Source: Antedon mediterranea
Lineage: Eukaryota; Animalia; Echinodermata
Length of the DNA: 64,000 nucleotides
Direction of reading: 5' to 3'
NCBI RefSeq assembly: GCF_964355755.1
Contig: NC_092673.1
Span: 27,339,648-27,403,647, forward strand
Every line of letters starts with the position of its first letter. The stretch's first letter is position 1. This document shows positions 25,496 through 38,300 of the stretch, one piece after another. Both the position numbers and the translations under genes were made by a program. The notes beneath the pieces are model-generated. The model ran no database searches and was not told the origin of the DNA. It saw nothing but the letters and a program-made list of their open reading frames with translations.

Positions 25496-26955
25496 ATGGA
25501 TTCTTTGCGACGTGAGGTTGCAAGACTGAAGGAGCGTTACCGTGTGTTACAGCGTCAACAGTTTACTTTTGTTAATGCTATGGATCATACTCGTCCAGAT
25601 GCGTTTGAGCGTGTCAAGCCAGTCCGCACAATAAATGAGGTAATATCTTCTAACCCAGTCATAAATAATAATAAATAAAACAGAAATTGGGTTACCGTCT
25701 CTGGAAGAACCTTTTCAGGCAACTCTTTTAGGTTGTATGTGCAGGGAAACAGGCGATCTGTCACTGGTTCTAGGACCTGTCACTTGGAAAGGTTCAAATC
25801 CTCTCTCATTCCCTTTTTTGAAAGTCAGATTTTTATTTAAACATAGGCCAATAAATACCATATCTTGAAAACCTTCTTGATTTCCCAGTATTTTAAAATA
25901 CTTTCTTGATTCCCATATTAACATCCTCTTTTCACTGATGTCATTTCCTTCAGGTGAGCAACCTCTATGATCGAAGCAAGAATGCAACTGACCAGCGAGC
26001 ACTGAAACAGTGGTTGGATCTAGTGTCAGACCTCAGCAACTTTTGTAGGCAAGTGGAACTCCAGGGTCAAGGGCCAGGACCAGCAGAGAGGGGTCTGGAG
26101 AGGTGGAGCATGTTAATGGATAAACATAATGATTTGTCTAACCTCAGGGCTAAATATCCGCATCAAGAGGTATGCATATCACCCACCTGTGTTAATTCTA
26201 TTAAATAAAACGTATTACAGTATAATATAATATACAAATTCATTCAGTTTTAACTTACAATGACCATACTAATAATTACAATTCAAATATCACAGATGAA
26301 TCATCTGAGTTGTGCCGAGGCTCGTGTACAGTACGGTGGCGTGGTGAGCCTCATCCCGTTGGCGTTTGAACAAGTTGACCGAACAATTGCAGGCCTGGCA
26401 GCGGCTTACAGTACCAGTAGAGCAGAAAATCGGGACAGATTCAATAGAAGCACTTCTCAAAACTCCAGACCTATGACTCCAGACGGTAAGAAAAAAATTA
26501 TTGAAAACACGCATAAAATCGAAAGAGTTTTGGTCCAAATCCTGCACTAGTCATCCCAAGAACACACAACTTGTATATATGGTACTTACCTATAGGTTTT
26601 ATAATGTACATTTTAACTATTTTTCTTCAAAGAATTTGCTAAGGAACGAAAGGAACGCAGCAGTCGACCGCACACAGCTTCTGCTCGTCACAGACTACGA
26701 GCAAAATCGTGTGATAAGATGGTTGACACCCACGATTTACAGCGTCACACAATGAAACTTTCGTTGAGTCGATTACCAAAAGGTTTGGATCCCAGTTTGT
26801 TGTTCTACCGACGTACACTCAACGGACGTGCCGAGCGGTTGTATCCAACTGGGGAAATAACATTAGATAAAGCACCATGGAGGGGTGCATCGTCTAACAA
26901 CATTAACCATATAGATCACAGGCGATTCAGGAATTTAGAAGAAAAATACTACTAA
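25496..26955 (+). CDS. SPACA9: Sperm acrosome-associated protein 9 (C9orf9/MAST) family, ciliary microtubule inner protein, 4 coding exons
   Basis: Exons 25496-25639, 25954-26169, 26296-26485, 26633-26955. Motifs QQFTFVNAMDH, NATDQR, NDLSNLRAKYPH, NHLSCAEAR..YGGVVSLIP and a C-terminal KAPWR match SPACA9. Confidence 0.93.
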
Positions 26956-26991
26956 AGTATGGTTCACTACCTACAACTTGCAATAATATAC

Positions 26992-27420
26992 TTTGGATTA
27001 CTCTACCACAGTTACTGCAGTAGGTCTACTGCAGTAGGACTAATACACTTTTCTCAACACATGGATTACTCTACAGCAGTTACTGCAGTAGGTCTATTAC
27101 ACTTTTCTCAACACATGGATTACTCTACAGCAGTTGCTGCAGTAAGTCTACTGCAGTAGGTCTAATACACTTTTCTCAACACATGGGATTACTTTACCAC
27201 AGTTACTGCAGTAGGTCTAATACACTTTTCTCAACACATGGATTACTCTACCAGTTACTGCAGTAAGTCTACTGCAGTAGGTCTAATACACTTTTCTCAA
27301 CACATGGATTACTCTACGGCAGTTACTGCAGTAGGCCTAATACACTTTTCTCAACACATGGATTTCTCTACGGCAGTTACTGCAGTAGACCTAATACACT
27401 TTTCTCAACACATGGATTAT
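26992..27420. repeat. Minisatellite (~54-66 bp units, 6-7 copies) just after the SPACA9 stop codon
   Basis: Unit tactgcagtaggtctaatacacttttctcaacacatggattactctacagcagt with an optional duplicated tactgcagta. Confidence 0.9.
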
Positions 27421-27994
27421 GAATAAACAGTAGCTCAAACTATATAACCCAACTTCCACTAATATATTTATAAAAACAATTTAGACCAAAGACCACGCCA
27501 TATAAAATGCATTTCTATTACCAAAAAGTTGTTGATGATAAATTGTACATTTTCCAGCATGTCCCTTATACCTGTATATGTGTGAGTTAATAGATTTAGC
27601 TTTAAGATAAAAAACTTTTCCCAAGACTGTGTATCTATACAGTGATTGAGTAGGAATGACTGCAGAATGGGCTAGACATTATTTGGCCTTTTTGTATTTG
27701 TTTATCTGTATAGTAGTAAAACTACAAGTATTATATCTCACTAATGATTACACTATTAGTGCACCTTAAATTATTATGTAAATTTGTTAAATTATTGTGT
27801 GTGACTAGGTGTCCACAATGAACATAGATTATACAGTTATGAGTAGTGAAACAAATAATATACTGTATGTATATATACACTATCAAACTTTATGTGACAA
27901 AAAATGTGATGTGCCCATATGGACACGTCATATCACTACCATATTTGTGCATATCACTACTACTACTACTATATTTGGGCATTAACACTAACAT

Positions 27995-28165
27995 TTCAAT
28001 TTATATAGCGCCTTTACAAGGATCAAAGCGCTTTACAATGACCGATCATCTGGTGAACATAATTATTTTGGGAAAGATGGGTTTTCAAGAGTTTTTTGAA
28101 AATCATAATTGAAGATGAGTCACGAATTGTGCTTGAAAGGTTATTCCAAAGGCCTGGGCCTAGCA
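27995..28165 (-). mobile_element. 3' end of an L2-clade LINE inserted in a family-H MITE
   Basis: Minus strand translates GPGLWNNLSSTIRDSSSIMIFKKLLKTHLFP (typical L2/CR1 ORF2 end), followed by tail tgtaaagcgctttg..ggcgctatataaat. MITE halves flank it. Confidence 0.75.
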
Positions 28166-29351
28166 CATTACATTTTTTTGTCACATAAAGTTTGATAGTG
28201 TAGACAGAGCTTAAAGATTATTAATGGTGTGTCTGGCCTAACCAAGATTCAAACCCTACTTTGACCATTAGGCCACTGGGCCTGAGATACGTGTTGTGTT
28301 CATTTATATTACAGTAATATAGTCGTGAATGTTACTTTGTGAAAACACCCTGGGAAGGTTTAATGTAATAGTCTGGTTTCTGAGTGTTATTGTAATAGGC
28401 AATCAATTAAGCCAATAGTCCAGGCACATAGTCTTAATACTGTATTATTTTATAATACACAACGTGTACATGTATTGTAAAGTTTTTAGTAAAATTCTAT
28501 TCCAATTAAATTAATGTTAAATATCTTCAATCGTGTTTCACAAACAGAATTTAAAATGAAGACTCGTTCAGCCATACCACCACCCCCACAGTATTATAAT
28601 TGATAGTTCCTTGTTTTCTTCAAATGTTTTTGCTGCACTAATGCAAATGTGTAAAACCAATATTGAAGGATTTAGCAAGGTAAACATGAAGTTTAAATAA
28701 AAGGAATTTCATTGTCCACACTATACAACAAATCAATACATCCATGTAGCCATTCATTATAGAGGTCCATTTACCTTGTTCCACAAAGAGGACATTTTGA
28801 ATCAATAATGACAAACAATGTTCACTTAGTACCAGTAGTACCAGTAGGATGCAAACATTGCAATTATTCAATCAGCTCAGAAACGTGGATCAATAACGAG
28901 TTGAGGCGACTGAAATACAGAGGGCGCCTCTCTGTGGCAACTAAATGATTCAGCTGGCCTTTTGCATTAACTGAAATTTAAAAACTTGCGGATGATGAAC
29001 CTCCTGGACTTTCCTGTTGGCAAAATATAAACATTAAAAATGATCTTCATGTGAACTTCAGTTTGTTTATTATTATTTGTTTGATTATTCGAACAGTGAC
29101 TTGTCATTGGTCAACTCGCTTGCGTACGTCCTTGCGTTGCGTCTTTAATAGGAACTACGCTTTACTATCTGTGTACATGGTTCTGCCAATACACATTTTA
29201 CTGTGAGTTATCACAATCTATAGATGCTGATTTCAACTGCATTGTGTTATAGGCTGTATAATGTCTCCTTGGTGATAGCTAGCATCTGATACAACAGTTT
29301 GAGTGTAACTAATGAGATATCATCGCTATGTATAGTTTCCATGACAACATT

Positions 29352-32300
29352 TCATTCGGACGCCCACAGTTTAAATGTTCTATCATATGATGCCGTTGCT
29401 ATGTACTGTCCGTCAGATGAAATATCCGCACCCATCACCTTACTGTCGTGTCCGGCAAGGGTTGCTATTGGTGCCCAGCCGGGGTGAGCCCACACCTTGG
29501 CTTTACTGTCATGGGAACATGTTAGAAGGTACTCACCCGATGTACCTAAAAAATGCAGATTAAAAAAAAACAACTGTAACTTAATGCAAAAAATAGTCAA
29601 ATTCACTGGAAGTCAATGTGTTTTTCGTACCCTTTTTATAAGTGAAAATTATTATTATTTTTTTTTAAATCTTGATTAACTTTATCACAACTACAAAATG
29701 GCCTATTCGGTCTTTTTTTAAAATAATCTTAATTTTTCATGTATTTTGGGGGGAAATACATCTTTTATAAAAATTATTTGACTGACCTTCGAACTTGACC
29801 CCTGACACTAAGTTTTGATGCGCTGGTATTGTGTAAACTGACTTTCTTTGTCTTAAATCCCATATTTTGACAGAATTATCTCCACTACCTGTTGCTACAG
29901 AATACCTTAATAAGATACATGATAAAATGTTAATAATAATTTGTTAGTTAAGCTTGGTCTACACTATCAAACTTTATGTGACAAAAAAATGTGATGTCAT
30001 ATCACTACCATATGATGTCATATCACTACCATATGATGTCATATCACTACCATATGATGTCATATCACTAATCACTACCATATTCGGGTACATCACACTT
30101 TTTTTGTCACATAAAGTTTGATAGTGTAGACAGAGCTTTAGTACAATGATCTTTACTTCATTCACACAGTGAAATTATTTAGTGATTTATATTGAGAAAC
30201 TAACCTCCGTTCACACATTACAATACACATAAATACATACAACATCTTAGTATTTATCATTGATTTGGTTGTCCATTTGAGATCTAGTGTGAATCTACCT
30301 TTACATACTGTTAATAATAAAATCCTTACCCATTAGGTGAGCAGTTGATAGAAAGAACCGACTGCAAATGTCCATCAAGGAACATAACACAACGACCTGT
30401 CCTTAAATCCCATATACGTCCAAATGCATCTAGACCACTGTAAGGCAATTGACTTAATATTCAATTGAAAATGTTCAATCAAGGAATCTTGCCTACCGTC
30501 TCTTGCCTTTTCATGCACTGATTATCAGTCATTTTTATTTATTTCACCTTATTTATAGAGGGTGACCTTAAACAATCAAGGGGTGAGTTATGATACCTGT
30601 GCGACAGTGGCTCAGTGTATGAACTAGTACACCGGAGTAACCCACTACTCGTCTTGAAAGATGATGTATTAGGTTCTTTAACACATTGTTACACTTTGAC
30701 AATTTTCTTTGGATTAAAGCCACAGCGAACAAACCATAGCAATTACTTTATTACCATCTTCATACAGATGCACTAACAATATATTTAAGTAAATGTATTT
30801 ATACTGGTCCTCAAGCTTAACTGGAAACTGAGGAAATTTGGATTAGGCCCTCCCCAGACCCATGCCAGTTATACAAATATTTTTTTTTTATAACATTTAT
30901 TTACAAACTATTGACAAAAAGGAAAGGAAAAATACAATGCATATAATAGAATGATAATAGGTCAGAGAATGAAGACAGACATCTTAAGGTGGGCGAGCCT
31001 TAATAAATAATAATTAAATAAAAAATACAGGGTGGTATAGTAGTTACTTTGAGTTGAAATATATTGTAGAGAAAAGAGACCTTACCCAGTAGCCACTAAT
31101 GAGCCATCACATTGAAAGTCTATGCAGTACACTTCTTTACTGTGTCCTTCCTGGTGGAGTATTTCTTCCTGTACCTCCAGGTCCCATAACCTCCAGGATT
31201 TATCATAACTGTTAAAACAAAGCATTAATTTATTTTTATTAATTAATTTGGTTAATTTTTATTTAACGAAGCTGGAATGTTGGCCCATAAACAAAAAATA
31301 GGCTCTCAGAATTTGTAAGCATATTAGAATAAGTATAGATGACTTAAGCATTGTCTACACTATCAAACTTTATGTGACAACAAAAATATGATGTGCCCAA
31401 ATATGGACATGATGTCATCTTATCACTACCATATTTGGGCACATCACACTTTTTTTTTAATAGTTTGATAGTGTGGAGAGAGCTTTACATTACAAGTTGA
31501 TTTTTTAACACTTACAATGTACCAAGTAATCATTAAGATGGAACCAAATAATGCACATCACATGATACGTAATCAACCAATCAAATGGTGTGTTTTAAAA
31601 TATATTATGCACATCATAAGCAACAAATAGATAAGACAGAAATACTAGCATTTCTGGATATTGGAGTTTGATTAATGTTTATTTGAAAGTTGGTTTTCAA
31701 ATCCACTTTTCCACATGTATTGCAAGCTGTTTTATGAATGACGACATTAACATGCTGACATGTCATCAAGGTCATCTTACCACGCTGTTCCCAGAAATCT
31801 TCCCGACGGATGAAACTCAATTCTCGCTACCCTAGCATCATGACCTTCGACATTTGCGAGTGGTTCTTCACTGAGAGAAACAAAAATAAATGTATAACGT
31901 AATAAATGGCAAGTATACATTGGTGGCTCAGGCAGAATGGGTCACTTTAAGGTCTACACTTACTATCAAACTTTATGTGACAAAAAAAAGTGTGATATGC
32001 CCAAATATGGTAGTGATATGACATCATCATGACCATATATGGGCACATCACATTTTTTTTTGTCACATAAAGTGTGATAGTGTTGCAAAAACTTTACACA
32101 TGGGTACAATCTGCAGAAATATTATATACTTTAAAACATTTAATATAAAATTGGTACGAAACTTGCAACATGATTGGAATAGAAATGAACTAACCTATCA
32201 AGTGACCATAACTTAACAGAACCATCAGTTGCGCAAGAAGCCATACAGAACGTGGATTCATCCCGACCAATCGTTGCTTGTGGATGAAATACAATGCCGC

Positions 32301-35300
32301 CAACATTATGATTGTGACCTATTAATTAAAACAATATTCCTGCTACAAAATCATAACATAGCAACTTGAATATTAAATAGAATTAACAATATCATAAGTA
32401 GCTTGTATATATTAACAAAAATCATATGCAATTTCCGTACCTCTCAAAGTCCTTATTGGCTTAAATTCTGGAACAGACCATAGTTTAATTAGACCAGACC
32501 TACAATGCAACAAAATTAAATATTTTATATATATATATCATGGCAACAAAACATTTTTTCGTACAATCAAAGTATCATTATTTGAATGGAAAATAAATTG
32601 TATTTACCAAGATGAGGTTGCTAAAACTTGTGAATTTGGGCTAAACCGACAGAAAGATATTGGTCTGGTATCGCCAATCTCACTACCAATAGCTGTTATA
32701 TTCTGCAAATAATGAAATATACATTAGTTTGTGATACAAGCTTCACATGTGAAACACATGTGATGCTGTATCACAAACTTTGCCTATAATACGGGTAAAA
32801 TGTAGATACAGTACCAATAATCGGACATAATCAAAAGTATTTTAACAATCAGTCATTCCATACATTTTACAAAACAATGATTTACCCGTAGCTTATTGTG
32901 AAGTTCCTGCTTCTTGGCATGTCTTACTGTATCTGGCACTTGTAGTACCTGTCTAGATTCAGCTATTCTCTGCTGCGCCCTCGGTAAGGAATATTTTGCA
33001 ATCCACTGTCGAGCGGACTTTAAACTCTGTGGCCCTTCATGGTACCATGTTTTGTTGTCCTCCTGTTAAAGCAAACATGTTTATTCTGTAATAATTTGTA
33101 ATATAAGAATTGAAAATAATAACTAATAACTTACCAAGAAGAAAAATCTTAGAAGTCCATTCTTTTAAAGAAATTCTTTTGATAAAGCTTGGTTGCCAAT
33201 GAGATACAACACAACTCAAGAAATTTGACCAATCATGACAGGAAGGACTATCTAAAGTGTGGTTGGTCAACTAACTTACGTTGCATCGTATGCCTTTGTA
33301 CATGTATACTCCGTACACGTTCACAATGTTTACTCCAGTAATCAACAAGGTATTCTCACAAGGCTTACTGCAGTAATCAGAAGACATTGTCTTCTCACAA
33401 GGCTTACCGCAGTAATCAACTAGGTGACATGGTATTCTCACAAGGCTTACTGCAGTAATCAACTAGGTGACATGATATTCTTACAAGGCTTACCGCAGTA
33501 ATCAACTAGGTGACATGGTATTCTCACAAGGCTTACTGCAGTAATCAACTAGGTGACATGGTATTCTCACAAGGCTTACTGCAGTAATCAAATAGGTACA
33601 GAAAGGTACCAACCTCTTTTTGTTTCTTCTCCTTCTCAACTTCTTTTTGGATTAATATGTTCAAGCCAGCACTACCAATTAACGACAGCTTCTGTCTCAA
33701 TCGCTCCCTTCTGTCTGCTGCATCCTCAGCAAATAAACCTAGAAAAAAAAAGTACAATAAACAACAATGAATAATTTGCGTAATAGTAGAGAGGCCAAAT
33801 ACACAAAAGTCCTCTATAAAAAGTTTGGGGGGCATTTTTTGTTAATAGCAGGCAACCATGTTGAATGTATCCTTTGTGGGGTGACAAAAACGATAGGGGT
33901 GGATGCCATCTTCAGTTTTGGGTTTTAAGGTCAGTTTATGTGGTCAAGAGGTCAAACAAGGTCAAAATATAGGATTTTTTTGTATTCACGGAAAATCATC
34001 TACATCATCAGATCTATCCAAAAAGGTATATATGAAGATCAACTGATGCTTCATATTATAGTACATTTAATTTTACACATAAAAACATAGGAAATTAAAT
34101 ATAAAAGTGTCATTTTCTCAAAATGTTGTTTTCACATATTTTCTGTAAAGTACACACAGTTTTTTAATAGGCTTTTCCCAGTCTGTTGTAAATTTGTCTT
34201 TTTCATGTTGTCCACCAGTCATCGTTTTGATTTTTGTCGGAAAAAAATAGGTCAAGTGTTATATGTATGAAACGCCATATGTGCCAAATGATTGGTCTTT
34301 TACTACAGTATAATATTAATATTACCTATAATAATGTAATACAGTAATATTTAGAAATTTGTTTTTAGAAAAATTATTAATATTACCTATAATAATGTAA
34401 TAATATTTAGAAATTTGTTTTTAGAAAAATTTCGAAAACAGAGACCCCCTATATGACCTAATGTCGAGATGTTTTTGTTTGGGTCAGAGACCCCCTATAA
34501 TGTAATTATTTAAACATTGTTTTCATTATTTCAATGATACAAGTTTTTATTGAAGTTTGTTGTTTCAAGAAATCTCGAAAGAGAAACCTGGGTATCGAGT
34601 CTTTGTTTTCAAAAACTCTAACTATTGGACTTTATCAAGGTTGGAAGGAGTGGTAATTGGGGACTTCTTCTTGAGGCCTTCGCATCTATGCTATCATGGC
34701 TGACGGTGATAACAAATATAAAACTCCTTAAGTAATTAAGAAGTCCTTTATACACATAGATAAAGACGGTTTTAACGTTATTTACAAACATTACGTTACG
34801 TACTGTGTCCAGGTATGAAATCCATCTCTCCCAAAAAGTAAACGCACTTGAAGAGGACAACGTCATGCGACAAATCAAATTCCAGCTATCCATTCTTATT
34901 CATATGAGATCGTTTAAAGTTTCTTGGCCTAACAACCCTGTATGAATTCATGGTGACTTGATTGAAAATTTTCAAAAGATTTCGAGGGTGTAGCCAAGGA
35001 AGACTTCCTTCAAATAAGATGCAATCTAAGCAGAAATACACGAGGACATCAGCTTAGACTTTTTAAACCTAAATTTCACAAAGGACTGATAAGAGATCCA
35101 CTTTTTCACAATTAGTAATTATATATTTTAATAGTTTTTCAACCAAAGTCGTCATTTCTGAAACCACCAACACATTTAAAAACCGATTGAATTCGTTGTA
35201 GAAATGAGGTTAAAAGGGTAAACAAATTTACCTATCTAAACTATCAGAACCAATATTCTAAACACTGAGTGGATGATTGATCAATTCAAAATAGAATCAT

Positions 35301-38300
35301 TGGTATAACAAGAAACGCTGTAATTCATTGATAGGTTCTGCATGACATGGTCAGACTGATCACGAATCACACATAATACACAATATTCTTTCGAACTGAC
35401 AGATGATAAGGAAGATCTTATATTTAAAGTAACAACTTATTGAAAGAAAAAAAACAGTAGAACTTAGAACTTCATGAGCCACTGAGAAAGCATATAAAAA
35501 CTGACAGAAAATCTGCTGATCAACCATTGTTTTTTATTTTTTATTTTATTTTATTCAATTTCCAGGTAACATACAAAAATCATAAACAAGGTACGGCATC
35601 ATTCAACAAAACAGAACAAAAGTACTATCAGCACCTGCGGGTAACCAAAAGTGGATCAGTTCAAAAGAACTGCACTGTCGAGTGGCTTTCCCAACTAATA
35701 GTACAAAAAACGCAATAGACATAAAAACACAGTGATAGTCTAGATGAATTCGATATCAGTAATACATTTTTTCAGATCCCTTCTAAACCCCCCAAAGTTA
35801 AACAGGACTTTGTTACGAACTTCATGCGGGATACATTCCCATATTCGAGGGAAATTAACAAACAGGGAGTATTTAAATGCATTAGTTCTAGCATACATGT
35901 GTTTAAAGGTGAGGGACTCTGGATACCGAGAATTAATTGTAAGGTATTCAAATATATCAAAATCAATTAAATTATGCAAACACTTAACTACAAAAATTAT
36001 ACTATGAAATTTCATTCTTTGAACCATATCTGGTAAATTTAGTATCTTAAGCCTGTCAGTGAAATCGCCTTGGAGTATGATCATAGCCCAATTTTAATAT
36101 CTTTAACCAAATATGACTTCACATATCTTGATGGATGACGTTGAAATACCAACAGATGTTCCAGAAGAAAACTTACAGTAAAAACATGATGGTCATGCAC
36201 TATAGGATGCAGTAAACATGGCTGTAAACATTTGGTGACTATGCAAGTATTTATGCAAGTTACCTAGATATTTCATCATTTTGTTGTATTTGATCATTAC
36301 ATTGGAAAGGGGTGGATAAAAGCAGTGACACGATTGAAAGGATAGTCCCAATGTACTAATCTGTACTTCCGTATGTGTTTTGGGCCACACTCATCGGTTT
36401 GGAGGAGAACAAATATCACACAGTTTTTAGACATTCTTTATGTCAATAACAAAGAGCTTGCAATTATACATGAAAGTTGATGTTAATTAATTATATGCAC
36501 TTTGTAACAGTAGCCTTCAAAAGTATGGACGATGTCTGGTATAGTGAACAATAAAGTGGTTGAAAACCTATTAAGAATAATCTAACCAGCTTCCATGCCA
36601 TTACAGGTTGCAGCACGTCATTATTTCCTGGTTATGGGAAGAGGTCATACTGGAAATCATTTGTAACGCATCCACTCCTTGTAAATGGAATTGATTAAGA
36701 CTTTCCACGTACAGTGTACACTAAAGTTTAATATTGCCAAATATACAGTGTGGTACTCTTGAGCAGATAACTGTATAATAACAGACTACTCTTTGGTGCT
36801 ACCTCCATCTAGACTCAGTGACCATATACCATTAACACTAGTGATATATATTTCCCTTAAATATTAAGTATTTCACTTCACTCAATAAATATTTAAGTAC
36901 CTGTATTTCTACTTCGGGAAACACTTAAAATTAAAAAAACTCACCTATGGTGAATACAGACATCATAGAACCTAAACATACGAGCCAACTATCAGGCAGA
37001 GATCAGTATGTGGCCTAAATGAATCGGGTCGTTTGGAAGCCCCTAACCCAGTTGTCAGTTTGGAACTTGTTACATGTGTATGTAAACTAAAGAGCCAGAT
37101 GAAGTTGTTACAGAAAGCATGCATATGTGGTTGTGATTCAATCGTTTGCCGTTACCCAGATGGCCAGTAGGCATTATATATCAGTGCTTGAAGAAATACC
37201 CACCTCAGAGCGTCACATCCTTCCATCCCAGAAAAATTTTGAATATTGGCATGTGCCCATGCCGCCCATTACTCCCAACCCACAAACCCTCTGTGACCGT
37301 TAACACCTTCCAGGAGTGACTCAAAAAGTTTAAAATCTTCCCAGTACAATTCTGGTCTTTTTGACACTACACTATAACCATCAGCCCAAGGCTATCATGA
37401 AAATTATATTTATTTCAATTATTACCGATAATTAACAGGTCTGTGCTCTATTTGACCTTATGACCTTGAAAATGACCTTTAAACTTGTAAGTTGAAAAAT
37501 TGATGAACTTCACCATCTGCAGCAATATGTCAATAATGATCCAATAATGGTTACATTTCTTTTAATTAGCTTATATGTTGTTGAAAACAGCTTAAACCTC
37601 TATTTTACCATATTTGACCTTATAACCTTGAAAATGACCTTTGACCTGAAATTTGAGAGCGGCATCCACCCCTATCTTTTTTGTCATCCCATAAGGGATA
37701 TATTCCACATGGTTGCCTGCTATTAACAGAAAATGCCCCCCATGATGAAAAAGCTCACACTGGCCACCCTACTATAATGGCTACGAGTGCTTACTGGCTA
37801 AACCCAAGGGGCCCCAGAGCTTAAGGAGCCACAGAGCATGAGCAGTCCAATGTAACTACCCAGCGTTGGAGGGCCCCTTAGGAGTGCTAAACCAGGGACC
37901 TTTGCCCTGTGCGTTACGCCACTGGTTATGTAATAGTAGTTTACCATCGTTTTATGGACTGTTTGTATTCAATTAACTGTATTCTGGATTGCGTTCTTAA
38001 AAGTGACGTCGTACATGCTTGATCATCCCAGTGGACAGTGCAGCAGTGAACAACTACGCAGCATTGGAGGGCCCCTTAGGAGTGCTAAACCAGGGGTCTT
38101 TTCCACCATGCATTACCCCACTGCAAATGACTGATTTCAATTTAATAATTCTTTTGGCAATAATTTGAAAATACTTTGAGCTCAACAAAGTGTCAGTTTT
38201 CCTAGCAGGGTGAATCTGTTATAATACAATTCTACATGCTTACATATTGGTTCTCCAATATCTCTTAATTTAGCTTTCACCATAGAATCATCAGTTGATA

